Source of the DNA: Acidimicrobiia bacterium
Lineage (GTDB): Bacteria; Actinomycetota; Acidimicrobiia; Spongiisociales; ZC4RG35
DNA: 64,000 nt
NCBI GenBank assembly: GCA_965215185.1
Contig: OZ244034.1
Span: 2,240,001-2,304,000, forward strand
Direction: 5' to 3'
The position numbers were made by a program, and so were the translations under genes. The notes beneath the pieces were generated by a model. That model was not told the DNA's origin. It saw only the letters and a program-made list of their open reading frames with translations, and did not search any database. Of this stretch, positions 29,950-39,959 are shown one piece after another. Positions within the stretch are counted from its first letter, which is position 1. Every line of letters begins with the position of its first letter.

Positions 29950-30507
29950 TCAGGTAGAAGGGTGGCGGGGTTGGGAGAGGACGCGGCGGACCATGGGCTC
30001 GAAGAATTCGAGGGGTTCGGTGGGATAGTCGGGGTCGAATGACACTTGGTCGTAATCGGCGCAGAAGCGCACCGTGGCCTCGTACAGGGGATGGTCCCGG
30101 TAACGGTCGCGGGCGTCGGGGTCGCGTTGGTAGTGATGGGCGTAGTACTTCTCTTGAAATATCCCGTGGTGCTTGACTATCCAGTAGTTGTCCTCCGACA
30201 CGTAGGGACGCAGCAGCGCGGCAGCCACTTGCGAATGGTTGGCTGGACTTAGAACGTCTCCCACATCGTGCAGGAGCGCTACCACCATCATCTCCTCGTC
30301 CTCCCCTGCTCGGTGGGCGCGGGTGGCGGCTTGCAGTGAATGGCCGAGTCGGGTGATCTTGTATCCGGTGTGTTCGTCCATCGATCGAAGCCACTCGAGC
30401 ACCCGGTCCGGGAACTCGTCCAACTCCTCCTGTTCGTACTCGGATAGGAGTGCGTAGTCCTCGGCGGTGCCGTCTGACATTTTCGTGAAAGAGACCGTTC
30501 CGTCCAA
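29950..30507 (-). CDS. HD-domain protein (PhnZ/TmpB-like), probable independent internal start
   Basis: AAGGGAG RBS then TTG at 30507; TACAAT at 30569-30574 upstream. Confidence 0.6.
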   Translation of the reverse strand: MDGTVSFTKMSDGTAEDYALLSEYEQEELDEFPDRVLEWLRSMDEHTGYKITRLGHSLQAATRAHRAGEDEEMMVVALLHDVGDVLSPANHSQVAAALLRPYVSEDNYWIVKHHGIFQEKYYAHHYQRDPDARDRYRDHPLYEATVRFCADYDQVSFDPDYPTEPLEFFEPMVRRVLSQPRHPST

Positions 30508-31566
30508 GATCACTCCCTTTCGAAGAGCCCGCGTGGCAGCTGCAACCCTGCCTCCTGTTCCTAACCGCATTGTATCGCAGGGGACCTGAGTGCCCTGCGG
30601 GCAATCATCTAGGGACCTTGTTCGCCGACGGAACTTTTTGAGTTCCGGGCGGTAATGAAGAGTCAAACCTCCCACTACCACAACCGCGATACCCACGGTT
30701 TGCATCCAACTCAGGCTCTCTCCCAGCACCAACCAGGCCACCGCCGAGGATATGACCGGCTGAGCGGTGAGGACCGTCCCTACAGTGCCCGGACCGGCAC
30801 GGGACACCGCAGCTATTTCCAGCAGAATTCCCGCCGCGCTAGCCGCGGCGGCGATGCCCAGGACCAACCACTTCGACAATGGCAGGTCGATGGGTCCTAT
30901 CCCGGCGATTGGCAGTATCAGCACCGCGGCGGAGGCCCTCATCCACACCCCGATGGTTACTGGTGGGAGGCCGCCAAGGCGATCTACCAAAAGCAGATAG
31001 CCCCCCATGAACACTGCCGAGCCGATTCCGGCAGTGATGCCGATCGGGTCAGCCCGTTCCCAAGTCCAAGTCTCGGTCGCCAGGGAAACACCCAGGAAAA
31101 CGATGCCCGCCGCGGCCCACGCCCGCAACGGCACGGGGACATTCTGTTTCACCTGCGTCCAGATGAGCACTGTGGGGACCATGATGAACGCGAACGTGGC
31201 CGAAGGACCTGGGCCCAGACGGGAGAGGCTCACGTAATACAACACCGTGGCAGCTACGACGCACCCCCCCAGCAGGAAAAGTGTTCCCAGACGGCCCCGC
31301 GGGCGCAAAGCCTTCCTCCACCACCCGATGACCATGAAAATCACAAAGCCCGCCAGGTTCATCCGAAAGGTCATCTCCAAAGTGGTGTGGTGAGAGAACA
31401 GGTCAAACACGGCCACGGATACCACGGCGAACAGGACAGTGGAGATGGCCGCCATGGCCATCCCCCTTCCCGCGTGGGCACGGGTATAAGACTCGGTCGG
31501 TCGGATGGACCCTGCGGCCTGGGCCGCCGCGTCGCTGGGTTTTCTGATAGGGAGGCTCCTTGCCAA
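29950..31566 (-). CDS. EamA/DMT transporter in one ORF with an HD-domain phosphohydrolase
   Basis: About 10 TM helices with EamA-type LTAQPVIS...LGESLSWMQ, a hydrophilic linker, then HSLQAATRA...ALLHDVGD...HH. Confidence 0.8.
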   Translation of the reverse strand: MARSLPIRKPSDAAAQAAGSIRPTESYTRAHAGRGMAMAAISTVLFAVVSVAVFDLFSHHTTLEMTFRMNLAGFVIFMVIGWWRKALRPRGRLGTLFLLGGCVVAATVLYYVSLSRLGPGPSATFAFIMVPTVLIWTQVKQNVPVPLRAWAAAGIVFLGVSLATETWTWERADPIGITAGIGSAVFMGGYLLLVDRLGGLPPVTIGVWMRASAAVLILPIAGIGPIDLPLSKWLVLGIAAAASAAGILLEIAAVSRAGPGTVGTVLTAQPVISSAVAWLVLGESLSWMQTVGIAVVVVGGLTLHYRPELKKFRRRTRSLDDCPQGTQVPCDTMRLGTGGRVAAATRALRKGVILDGTVSFTKMSDGTAEDYALLSEYEQEELDEFPDRVLEWLRSMDEHTGYKITRLGHSLQAATRAHRAGEDEEMMVVALLHDVGDVLSPANHSQVAAALLRPYVSEDNYWIVKHHGIFQEKYYAHHYQRDPDARDRYRDHPLYEATVRFCADYDQVSFDPDYPTEPLEFFEPMVRRVLSQPRHPST

Positions 31567-31622
31567 CTTGGGAAACGACGACCGTTTGCCCGCTGGACAC
31601 TCAGGTATTTAGAACCCTATCG

Positions 31623-33410
31623 CTAGGTGGATAGCTCCGCGGTGCGAAGCGGCAAGCCTTGGGGGCCGTTGAGCATGACAGTAAGCGGCGCCACCTCCTT
31701 CTCATAGCCGGGACTGGCCAGAATCCCCAGGCGATCGGCGGTGGGCGTGAGGTAAAAGCCCTGCTCCTGGTCGGCTTCAAACCGGTCTCGGTCTAAGAAC
31801 AGCCTCGGCTTGATCACGGCTGGATCCCCTTCCTCCGGACAGAAGGTAAGGCAGTTTCCACACTCGTTGCACAACTCGGCCAGGATGAAATACTGCCAGC
31901 GGTCGGTCATCTCATCCTTGAGTTCGGGCACCGTGGCCAGGCGGATCACCGCATCGTTGGGGCAAACCGTGACGCAGAAGTTGCAGGCCACACACCCCCA
32001 CATCTGAAGCTCCTTGTCCAAGGCCCGCGGCAGCTTCTCGTTGCCGGAGAGATGGTAAAGAGGCGTATCTGCGCCGTTTGTAATCGCCATCACATGCGCC
32101 TCCACCGGACCCCGGAAGCCGCCTGCCTGAGCCTCTTGCCACTTGTGACCGTGCCACGCCCCCAGATCCTTGGCGCCCACCTGACGCATGTCCATGGCCA
32201 GACGGTTGAGCATCGGCGCCAGGCGACCATATCCGCCTGGTTTGAGCAGATCCGAGCACATAGTTACCGGGGCCACTCCCATGCCCAGGGTGTCGGTGAG
32301 GTTGTTCTTGCTGACTCCGGCCGAGAAGCTCACCTGGACATCTCCGCCGTGACCCGCCAGATTGAAGACCCCCGGCAGGGTACAGATCAACTCGTCCAAA
32401 AGCGTCGACGTAATCACATGCAGAGGCGGACCGGAGAGGTACATGGGGTCATCGGGCATCCACCCCTTGTCGTTGCCCACCACCAGGGTGTTGCTGAGCT
32501 TGATACCAAAGCGCCGCCCGTGCCGACGGGCGAACTCCCGCAGCCCCCCAATCAACTCGATACCCTGGTCGAACTGCAGGTCGTCCACGAAAGCCTGGGG
32601 CAGAAGAGGAATGTGGTCGTAGCCGAGCTTTTCGTGGAGGATCTCCTGCACCCGGGCGATACCCAACAAGGTCGGATTGAGTTTCACGATCACATCGCAC
32701 TCGTGGCGGGTCATCAGGTGCTTGGTGATGGCGTCGATCTCATGAGGGGGGCATCCGTGGAAGGTCGAAAGCGTCACCGTATCTGCGATCCGGGACGGGA
32801 AATCGAGATCCCTGAGATGGGCGAACGGCTCGGGTATCTGGGGCCGGAAAGAGTCGATCCGGGCCTTGGCGTTCTTCATCTCCACAATGAAATCGGAGAC
32901 TTTTCGGGTGGAAATCCCCGCCAGGTCGTATCCCACCGACATGTCGAAGACGTAAGACCCCGGATCGGGACCCACTATCTTCGCCACCGGCTCCCAGTTG
33001 GTCAGGATCCTGATCATCATCCAGGCCTTCACGTATTCGATCAGGGATTCCTCCACACGCAGTTCCTGGCTCCATTCGATGTTGTAGCCGATGGTCTGCA
33101 TGTCGATACAGGGTCGTTCTATCTCCAACCGGTCCAGCACCTGCACGGTCTTCAACTCAAACAGCCGTGACCCGCCCAGCCAGGCCAAAACGATGTTCTG
33201 GGTCATCTGACTATGCGGCCCAGCTGCGGGACCCACCGGAGAGGCGCACGGGCGTCCCAGAAAAGAAAAACTCAGGTCGAGATCAGACGGCTTCTTCCAA
33301 ATCCTGGCTTTCAGCAAATCGAAAATCCGCTGTCGGGACTCCCATTCGGCAGCCACTCTCCCCAACAGCAGATCCAACGGATAAGGGGTCAGTGGATCAG
33401 CGCCGGACAT
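31623..33410 (-). CDS. YgfK-like oxidoreductase (flavin barrel plus 4Fe-4S dicluster), short form
   Basis: GPAAGPHSQMTQNI, FELKTVQ, YNIEWSQEL, TLSTFHGCPP, VKLNPTLLG; CxxCxxCxxxCP twice at the C-terminus. Confidence 0.85.
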   Translation of the reverse strand: MSGADPLTPYPLDLLLGRVAAEWESRQRIFDLLKARIWKKPSDLDLSFSFLGRPCASPVGPAAGPHSQMTQNIVLAWLGGSRLFELKTVQVLDRLEIERPCIDMQTIGYNIEWSQELRVEESLIEYVKAWMMIRILTNWEPVAKIVGPDPGSYVFDMSVGYDLAGISTRKVSDFIVEMKNAKARIDSFRPQIPEPFAHLRDLDFPSRIADTVTLSTFHGCPPHEIDAITKHLMTRHECDVIVKLNPTLLGIARVQEILHEKLGYDHIPLLPQAFVDDLQFDQGIELIGGLREFARRHGRRFGIKLSNTLVVGNDKGWMPDDPMYLSGPPLHVITSTLLDELICTLPGVFNLAGHGGDVQVSFSAGVSKNNLTDTLGMGVAPVTMCSDLLKPGGYGRLAPMLNRLAMDMRQVGAKDLGAWHGHKWQEAQAGGFRGPVEAHVMAITNGADTPLYHLSGNEKLPRALDKELQMWGCVACNFCVTVCPNDAVIRLATVPELKDEMTDRWQYFILAELCNECGNCLTFCPEEGDPAVIKPRLFLDRDRFEADQEQGFYLTPTADRLGILASPGYEKEVAPLTVMLNGPQGLPLRTAELST

Positions 33411-33434
33411 CTCAAACCTTCCTTCTTTTGTCTC

Positions 33435-34451
33435 TCACAACCGGGCGTGAAGCCGAGCCGCCTGTTCCGAAGCCTTGGCCCGCACTTCGTCGGGGTCAAC
33501 CCGAACGGCCCGACCCTCTTCCAACACCACCTCTCCGTCCACCTCCACCAACAGCGGGCCCACTCCCGGAGTGAAGGCCAGATGCCAGGGATCCATGGGG
33601 TCGTATGACCACACCACTCGGTCTTCCCTCGCCTCGGGAAAGATCTCCCAGCCGGTCTCCAACCAAGACCATGGCGTCTCCGGGGAGGAGGTCACCTCCT
33701 CTTCGCGCAAACGCAGATATGCGGACCGGAAAGCCCCGAGCATGTCGCCCCCGATCCCATCGGTTCCCAGCGCCACCTGATTGGGGAACCTGGTCGGCCG
33801 GGCATAGCCCACCCCGTTGTTCAGGTTGGATTCGGGATTGTGCAGAATCACACCCTCCAAATCCCGGTCGAGGTGAACACAGTGCGCCAGCAGCCAATCC
33901 TCTCGGGACCTGGACTCAAGACGCCGACCGGCATCCGGGTCCTCGACTCCTTCCGCCACATGGATGTGTACTCCCACCCCCAAGTCCTCGGCCAACCCGC
34001 ACACCTCATCCAGCGTCTCCTCGGACAGGGTGAAACAGGCATGGGCGCCCACCCATCCCCTTCCCCCCTCAGAGAGAAAGCGACGGTTCTCTTCCAGGCC
34101 TCGTCGGGCGCCATCGGGACCGTGACGGTCGGTGACCTCGTAGGCACACGCCACCCGCACCCCCACCTCCGCGCAGGCGTCGGCGATCAGAGTCAGGGAT
34201 CCCTCGATAGCCGAGGGGGAAGCGTGATGGTCGATTATGGCGGTAGTGCCCCGCTCCAAGGCCTCCAAGGCCCCCAACTTGGCAGACCAGTAGACCATCT
34301 CATCATCCAAGGCGACATCCAACCGCCACCAGACCTGTTCCAGGATCTCCCCAAAGCTGCCAGGCGTGCGGGGCGGAGCGGGCATGCCCCGGGCCAAAGC
34401 CGAGTAAAGGTGATGATGGGCACAGACCAGTCCGGGGGTTTCCCGGCCCAT
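33435..34451 (-). CDS. SsnA-like metal-dependent amidohydrolase
   Basis: CAHHHLYSALARGMP, WWRLDVALD, GTTAIIDHHASP, HIHVAEG, GTDG; start at 34451 directly follows the upstream stop. Confidence 0.85.
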   Translation of the reverse strand: MGRETPGLVCAHHHLYSALARGMPAPPRTPGSFGEILEQVWWRLDVALDDEMVYWSAKLGALEALERGTTAIIDHHASPSAIEGSLTLIADACAEVGVRVACAYEVTDRHGPDGARRGLEENRRFLSEGGRGWVGAHACFTLSEETLDEVCGLAEDLGVGVHIHVAEGVEDPDAGRRLESRSREDWLLAHCVHLDRDLEGVILHNPESNLNNGVGYARPTRFPNQVALGTDGIGGDMLGAFRSAYLRLREEEVTSSPETPWSWLETGWEIFPEAREDRVVWSYDPMDPWHLAFTPGVGPLLVEVDGEVVLEEGRAVRVDPDEVRAKASEQAARLHARL

Positions 34452-34452
34452 G

Positions 34453-37044
34453 TCAGCGCCCTGATCCCAGAGGGTGGTATTTGTTGAAGGGCAGACGGTT
34501 ACGCCAGTTGCCATCCACTTGGTGGAGCGCCGCGGCCACGGCGCCGGCGGTTGGAACCAATCCGATCTCTCCCACACCCTTGATCCCATATGGCGAATCA
34601 GGTTGTGGAACCTCCACCAGGATCACTTCCACCTCCGGCATGTCCTTGGGGCGAATAATCCCCAGGCTGCGAAGCGTCATATTGGTGGGTCGGCTCTCGG
34701 AGTCGCACGGGAAATCCTCGGTGAGCGCATAACCCAGTCCCATGTGAACCGAGCCCTCGATCTGCCCCTCGCACAGAACCGGGTTCACAGCCTTGCCCAC
34801 ATCGTGAGCCGCCACGACCTTTTCGATTCTTCCGGTTTCCGGATCGGCGATCACCAACTGGCTGGCATATCCGAAGGCCGAATGGATGATCGGGTTCTCC
34901 AACCCCTCGGACAGACTGTTCGTCCAATCCACCACCCAAACTCCGTAATAGTCCACGCCGGGTTCGCATCCGCCCTCCAGGGCCTTGCGGCAGGCGTCGG
35001 CCACCGAACCGGCGACCATGAGCGTCCCCCGGGATCCGGTGGTCTGCCCGGCGCCCAATTCGCGGGACGTGTCGACAAGCACTTCGATTCGATCGGGGTC
35101 GATTCCCAACTCCTCCACCGCCACCTGCAGGGCGACGGTATGCACACCCTGTCCCATCTCCGTCCAGCAGTGCCGCACTTCCACCTTTCCGTTCGGACGG
35201 AACTGCACAACCGACCGGGAAACCTCCCGGAAGCCGTTGCCCAGACCGGAGTTTTTCAACCCCAGTCCCACCCCAACGGCTTTGCCTGCGCTGATCGCGC
35301 GGTCGTAATGGGGCTTGACAGCCTCCAGGCAACGCCGCGCTCCTCGCGAACCCTCGTCCATAATCTGTCCCGGTCCCCAAACCGAACCCGGCTCGATCAC
35401 ATTGCGAGCCCGCATCTCCCAGCCGCTAAACCCCACCTTCTCGGCCAGGCGGTCCATAACCCCCTCCATGGCGAACTGCGCCTGGTTCGCCCCGAACCCT
35501 CGAAAGGCGCCGCACACCGAATTGTTGGTACGCACTGCCACCGCCTCCACATCTATGGCGCCCATCACGTAGGGGCCGCTGGCATGGCCTGCCGCTCGCT
35601 CCAAAACCTTCATACCCACTGAGGCGTACGGACCCGAGTCTCCCAACATCCGGGCCTTGAGAGCAGTGAGCTTGCCTTCGTCGTCGCAGCCGGCCCACAA
35701 TTCGATGCGGATGGGGTGACGTTTGGGGTGGATGTGCAGGGACTGCTCGCGGGTGAGTGTGCATTTCACCGACCTGCCCAGCAGATGAGCGGCCAGAGCG
35801 GTCTGGGCCTGGTTGGCCATATCCTCCTTGCCGCCAAAGGCGCCTCCGTTGGAGACCAGTTCCACAGTTATGCGGGACGGATCCATCCCCAGCACCGAAG
35901 CGATCTGGTTGCGATCGTCCCACACTCCCTGGCCTCCGGAATAGACATGAAGGTCGCCGTTGGGGAAGGGCACCGCCACTGTCGATTCGGGCTCCAAGAA
36001 GGCGTGCTCCACCCGCTGGGTCCGGAAGACCTCATGCACGATGTGAGGCGAGCCACCTAGGGCGGCTTCCACATCTCCCCGCTTGTAGACCGAACGCGAC
36101 AACAGGTTCCCGTCCAAACCCCAAACCGCGTCCTCGGAGGAAAGAGCCTGCTCGGGATCGCTGATGGGAGTGTGCACCCGGTATTCGACCTCAATCAGAT
36201 CGGCCGCCTCCCGGGCAGTCTGCACATCGGAAGCCACCACCATAGCCAAGACATCACCCGAATAGGAAGTGCGTCCGCCAACGGGGATGAAGACCGGCCA
36301 ATCCTTATAAATGAGGCCCACTCGGAGTTCGCCGGGAACGTCGGCGGCGGTGATCACTCTCACCACTCCCGGATAGGCCTGCGCCTCAGCGGTGCTGATC
36401 CCAAGCACATCCGCCCGGGAATGATCGGTAAGCCGCAGGGCGGCATGAAGCATCATCGGAGAAGCAAGATCGTCGATGTAGGGCCGGTCACCCAGGGACA
36501 ATTCCATTGCTTCGTACTTGGCGCCGTTCTTCCCTATGCCCCCGGGGCGGGAGACGGAGGGAATCGGCTCTCCCGACGCCAGCAGCTCGATGGCCTCCAC
36601 GATCTTGGTGTAGCCGGTGCAGCGGCAGAGGTGGGCGCCTAGGCGACCGTTGATGGTCCTTCGATCCAGCGCCGAGCCCTTTTGGTCGATGAGCGCCTTG
36701 GTCCTGATCACGATTCCGGGCGTGCAGAAGCCGCACTGCAGGGCCCCGGTGGCTGCGAAGCCGCGGGCCAGCCGGTCTCTTTCCACCGGATCAAGTCCCT
36801 CCAGAGTCACGACCTCGCCCCCGTTCACCCGGGTGAGCGACATCTGACAACTCACCACTGCCTTGCCGTTCAGCAACACCGTGCAGCATCCGCATTGACC
36901 GGAAGGCGCGCACCCGTCCTTGGGTGAGGTAACCCCCAACTCCTCGCGCAGGGCGGCCAACAGGTGTGGATGATCGGCGCACGCCGATACCTCGTCCCCG
37001 TTCAAACGGAAAGAAACGGTGGGACGGGCTTGGATCAGAGTCAT
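34453..37044 (-). CDS. Xanthine dehydrogenase-family molybdoenzyme with fused [2Fe-2S] domain (XdhD-like)
   Basis: KDGCAPSGQCGCC, QCGFCTPG, LCRCTGY, GGAFGGK, AFRGFG, EMGQG, KGVGE. Confidence 0.92.
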   Translation of the reverse strand: MTLIQARPTVSFRLNGDEVSACADHPHLLAALREELGVTSPKDGCAPSGQCGCCTVLLNGKAVVSCQMSLTRVNGGEVVTLEGLDPVERDRLARGFAATGALQCGFCTPGIVIRTKALIDQKGSALDRRTINGRLGAHLCRCTGYTKIVEAIELLASGEPIPSVSRPGGIGKNGAKYEAMELSLGDRPYIDDLASPMMLHAALRLTDHSRADVLGISTAEAQAYPGVVRVITAADVPGELRVGLIYKDWPVFIPVGGRTSYSGDVLAMVVASDVQTAREAADLIEVEYRVHTPISDPEQALSSEDAVWGLDGNLLSRSVYKRGDVEAALGGSPHIVHEVFRTQRVEHAFLEPESTVAVPFPNGDLHVYSGGQGVWDDRNQIASVLGMDPSRITVELVSNGGAFGGKEDMANQAQTALAAHLLGRSVKCTLTREQSLHIHPKRHPIRIELWAGCDDEGKLTALKARMLGDSGPYASVGMKVLERAAGHASGPYVMGAIDVEAVAVRTNNSVCGAFRGFGANQAQFAMEGVMDRLAEKVGFSGWEMRARNVIEPGSVWGPGQIMDEGSRGARRCLEAVKPHYDRAISAGKAVGVGLGLKNSGLGNGFREVSRSVVQFRPNGKVEVRHCWTEMGQGVHTVALQVAVEELGIDPDRIEVLVDTSRELGAGQTTGSRGTLMVAGSVADACRKALEGGCEPGVDYYGVWVVDWTNSLSEGLENPIIHSAFGYASQLVIADPETGRIEKVVAAHDVGKAVNPVLCEGQIEGSVHMGLGYALTEDFPCDSESRPTNMTLRSLGIIRPKDMPEVEVILVEVPQPDSPYGIKGVGEIGLVPTAGAVAAALHQVDGNWRNRLPFNKYHPLGSGR

Positions 37045-37047
37045 CGC

Positions 37048-37995
37048 TTACTCCGATTCTGGCGGGAGGACTACTCCCCTGGTCTCACTGATAAGCCGGT
37101 AGTGCTCCGGCACCCGGTACAGATCGAAATTGAAGATGGTGTCTTTGTAAAAAGAGCAGAAGTCCAAGTCGACTTTTGCTACCACCAGTTCATCACCGTC
37201 GGTGATGGTCTGAGCGACGATCTGACCGGAAGGAGCGACGATAACGCTCTGTGCGATGTTCTCCACCCCCTCCTCGATTCCTGCTTTGGCCACTCCCACC
37301 ACCCAACATCCGTTCTGGTAGGCGCCGGCCTGCATCACCACCTGGCTGTGAAAATTCTGCAAGGCGTTCTGCTGTGGGTCGGGGGCGTAGAAATAGGGAG
37401 TGTTGTAGCCGATCAGGATAAGTTCCACCCCCTGCAGCCCCATCACCCGGTAGGTCTCGGACCACCGTCGGTCGTTGCAGATAGCCATCCCCACTATTCC
37501 TCCAAACGCCCGCCACACTCCGAAACCGTCCGGACCAGGATCGAAGAAATAGCGCTCCGCGTGCTGAAAGGGTCTCCACTCTTCTATTTCCGCATGTCCG
37601 GGGATGTGAATCTTTCGAAATTTGGCGACTTGGGATCCATCTCTTTCCACCAGTATCTGGGTGTTGTAGCGATGGGTGACACCTTCGGCGTCGGTATGAA
37701 CCTCGGCGTACCCCAGACAGAATCCGATCCCCAGGCGGGCCGCCTCGTCGAACAGCGGCTGGGTGGTTTCAGACGGCATCTGCGTCTCGAAATAGGAGAG
37801 CATCTCCTCCTCGTCCTCTATGAACCAACGAGGAAAGAAGGTGGTCAGCGCCAACTCCGGGTAGACCAACAACTCCACTCCCCGGTCAGCGGCCTCGTAG
37901 AGAAGCCCCAACATTCGCTTTACTACTTCTTCGCGGGCACCGTCCCGGGCTGTGGGGCCCATCTGTGCCATACCCACCATCAAGTTGCGGCTCAT
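37048..37995 (-). CDS. N-carbamoyl-D-amino acid amidohydrolase (nitrilase fold)
   Basis: PELALTTFFPRW, FRKIHIPGH, PFQHAE, ICNDRRW, GYNTP. Confidence 0.9.
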   Translation of the reverse strand: MSRNLMVGMAQMGPTARDGAREEVVKRMLGLLYEAADRGVELLVYPELALTTFFPRWFIEDEEEMLSYFETQMPSETTQPLFDEAARLGIGFCLGYAEVHTDAEGVTHRYNTQILVERDGSQVAKFRKIHIPGHAEIEEWRPFQHAERYFFDPGPDGFGVWRAFGGIVGMAICNDRRWSETYRVMGLQGVELILIGYNTPYFYAPDPQQNALQNFHSQVVMQAGAYQNGCWVVGVAKAGIEEGVENIAQSVIVAPSGQIVAQTITDGDELVVAKVDLDFCSFYKDTIFNFDLYRVPEHYRLISETRGVVLPPESE

Positions 37996-38004
37996 TATGG
38001 GGTG

Positions 38005-38034
38005 ACTGTACCATATAGCTTAACAATTTGTCAA
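38005..38034 (-). promoter_or_regulatory. Near-leaderless sigma70 promoter with overlapping imperfect palindrome
   Basis: TTGACA-N18-TACAGT 9 nt before the ATG; TAACAATTTGTCA (38021-38033) overlaps the -35. Confidence 0.65.
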
Positions 38035-38060
38035 ATGTACGGAACGTTAAGATCGGAACA

Positions 38061-38699
38061 ATGACAGTGCCCGTAGAACACTCCGATTCCTCCGCCGACC
38101 CTGCCTGCGGGACTTGCCAATTGGAGTTTTTAATTGAGCCGTTCGAGGAAGGCAAGCCCGGACCCCACGTTCTGGCTTCGTTGGCGAATCTCCGCCACCG
38201 AGGGATAGCAGTGACTCAGGGCCCCTTCGGGAACACCGTGTCGGGCAATTGTGAGACGATCAAGAACGCGGTCGTCGCCATTGTGGAAAGCGCCTTCCAA
38301 GAAGGCGCCTCCAGGCTGTTGATCAACCTGACTCAGGACGCCGTAGGCGATCACCAGGACGAGCCTCCCCAACCAGGACGGTCTGCATCGGTGACCGGCG
38401 ACCCGAGCGCGGCCTCACACCCAGCCTCGGATGAGGAGACCCATTGGAGGGAAACCTTTTTTGGACCGGATCGTCCCGAAGATGTCCATGGAGCGGTGGC
38501 TCGGAACATTGGTACGGTAGAACAACGGCTGGGAGGCAATTTAGGTGACTTGCCCAGAGAGAAAAAGCAGGCGGCGGTGCGAATACTCGACGAGCAGGGC
38601 GTCTTTTTGATCCGAAAGTCAGTGGACGAGGTGGCGTCGGCGATGGACGTCAGCCGAATCACTATCTACAACTACCTCAACGCCATTCGCGGGGATTAA
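38061..38699 (+). CDS. Transcriptional regulator: thiamine-binding/YkoF-like N domain plus YheO-type HTH
   Basis: LEFLIEPF...GPFGNTVSG N-terminus; KQAAVRILDEQGVFLIRKSVDEVASAMDVSRITIYNYL C-terminus. Confidence 0.78.
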   Translation: MTVPVEHSDSSADPACGTCQLEFLIEPFEEGKPGPHVLASLANLRHRGIAVTQGPFGNTVSGNCETIKNAVVAIVESAFQEGASRLLINLTQDAVGDHQDEPPQPGRSASVTGDPSAASHPASDEETHWRETFFGPDRPEDVHGAVARNIGTVEQRLGGNLGDLPREKKQAAVRILDEQGVFLIRKSVDEVASAMDVSRITIYNYLNAIRGD

Positions 38700-38774
38700 T
38701 CGTCTTTATGGTCATGGAAATTCTCGGCTCGATCTTCCGAATGCGGGGGAGCTCTTCTTGGAGAATGAATCTCG

Positions 38775-39959
38775 GTGACTTCTAGGGAATCTGCGGCAGC
38801 TGCGGCGCGGCGCTTCCAGTTGCGTTCCCAGTTGCTTTCCTACAGCGTTCCGATGCTGGCTGTGCTGGGAGCGCTGGCGATTGGAGCGGTGATGCTGGCC
38901 GTCTTGGGCGCCAATCCCTTGACCGGGTATTGGGCAATGGCCAAGGGCGCCTTCGGAAGCGGTGGCGCCCTGGTGGAAACGGCCATCAAGTCCACCCCCC
39001 TGCTGCTGGTGGGAGTGGGCATCACCATCGCCTTCCGGGCCAACGTGATCAACATCGGGGGAGAGGGCCAGATGGTGTCGGGCGCCCTGGCCTCCACCGT
39101 CATCGCTTTGAGGATGACAGATGTCTCCGCATGGATCGCTCTTCCCCTAGCACTGTTGGCGGGAGTGGTCGGAGGAGCGATTTGGGGCGCCATCCCCGGG
39201 GCTTTGAAGGCCTATTTCAGGGTGAACGAGATCCTCAGCACCATCATGCTCAATGTGGTGGCCGTGCAGGCCATGAACTATCTTCTGCGCGCTCCTCTCA
39301 TCGATCCGAAGGAAATAGAACGCGGGACGCGCATCCCCCAGACCGCCCGTCTGCCGGAAAGCACTGACCTGCCGATATTCTTCGAGAACGGGCGCCTCCA
39401 CATCGGGCCGTTCATCGCAGTGTTGGCGGCTGTCTTGGTGTATGTGCTGCTGTGGAGAACCACTTCCGGATACCGCCTGAGGGCGGTGGGGTTGTCCAGT
39501 GACGCCGCCCGTTACGCGGGGATGTCGGTGGAGAGAAACGTGGTCTGGGCGCTCACCCTCAGTGGGGCGATGGCCGGGCTGGCGGGAGCCCTCCTGGTGC
39601 TGGGATCCGAAGGGCATCGGATGGTGACCGACGGAAGCACCATCGGGTTTACAGGCAGCGCTGGTTTCAACGGAATAGTCACGGCTCTCTTCGGGGGACT
39701 CCATCCGCTCTGGACCATCCCCTCCTCGTTTTTGTTCGGAGGGTTGTTGGTGGGGGCGCTCGCCCTGCAACGGGCCGCTCAGGTCCCCACCGCCCTCGTG
39801 TTGGCACTCAATGGTCTGGTGGTGTTGTTTGTGGTCAGCCTCGATCGCTACCGACGTCAGTTGAAGGAGCGGGAGGAGCGGGCAGTGGCCGCCACACCGA
39901 CACCGGAAACCGACCGGACAGAATCCCATCCCTCCCAGGAGGACGACCCCGATGGCTGA
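38775..39959 (+). CDS. Nucleoside/sugar (CUT2) ABC transporter permease
   Basis: NIGGEGQ, VNEILSTIMLN, GYRLRAVG, GFNGIVTALFG. Confidence 0.92.
   Translation: MTSRESAAAAARRFQLRSQLLSYSVPMLAVLGALAIGAVMLAVLGANPLTGYWAMAKGAFGSGGALVETAIKSTPLLLVGVGITIAFRANVINIGGEGQMVSGALASTVIALRMTDVSAWIALPLALLAGVVGGAIWGAIPGALKAYFRVNEILSTIMLNVVAVQAMNYLLRAPLIDPKEIERGTRIPQTARLPESTDLPIFFENGRLHIGPFIAVLAAVLVYVLLWRTTSGYRLRAVGLSSDAARYAGMSVERNVVWALTLSGAMAGLAGALLVLGSEGHRMVTDGSTIGFTGSAGFNGIVTALFGGLHPLWTIPSSFLFGGLLVGALALQRAAQVPTALVLALNGLVVLFVVSLDRYRRQLKEREERAVAATPTPETDRTESHPSQEDDPDG

Noticed and set aside
31623-37044. Selenocysteine recoding in the YgfK/Xdh-like genes
   Set aside because: The ORFs are complete with no internal TGA needing read-through.
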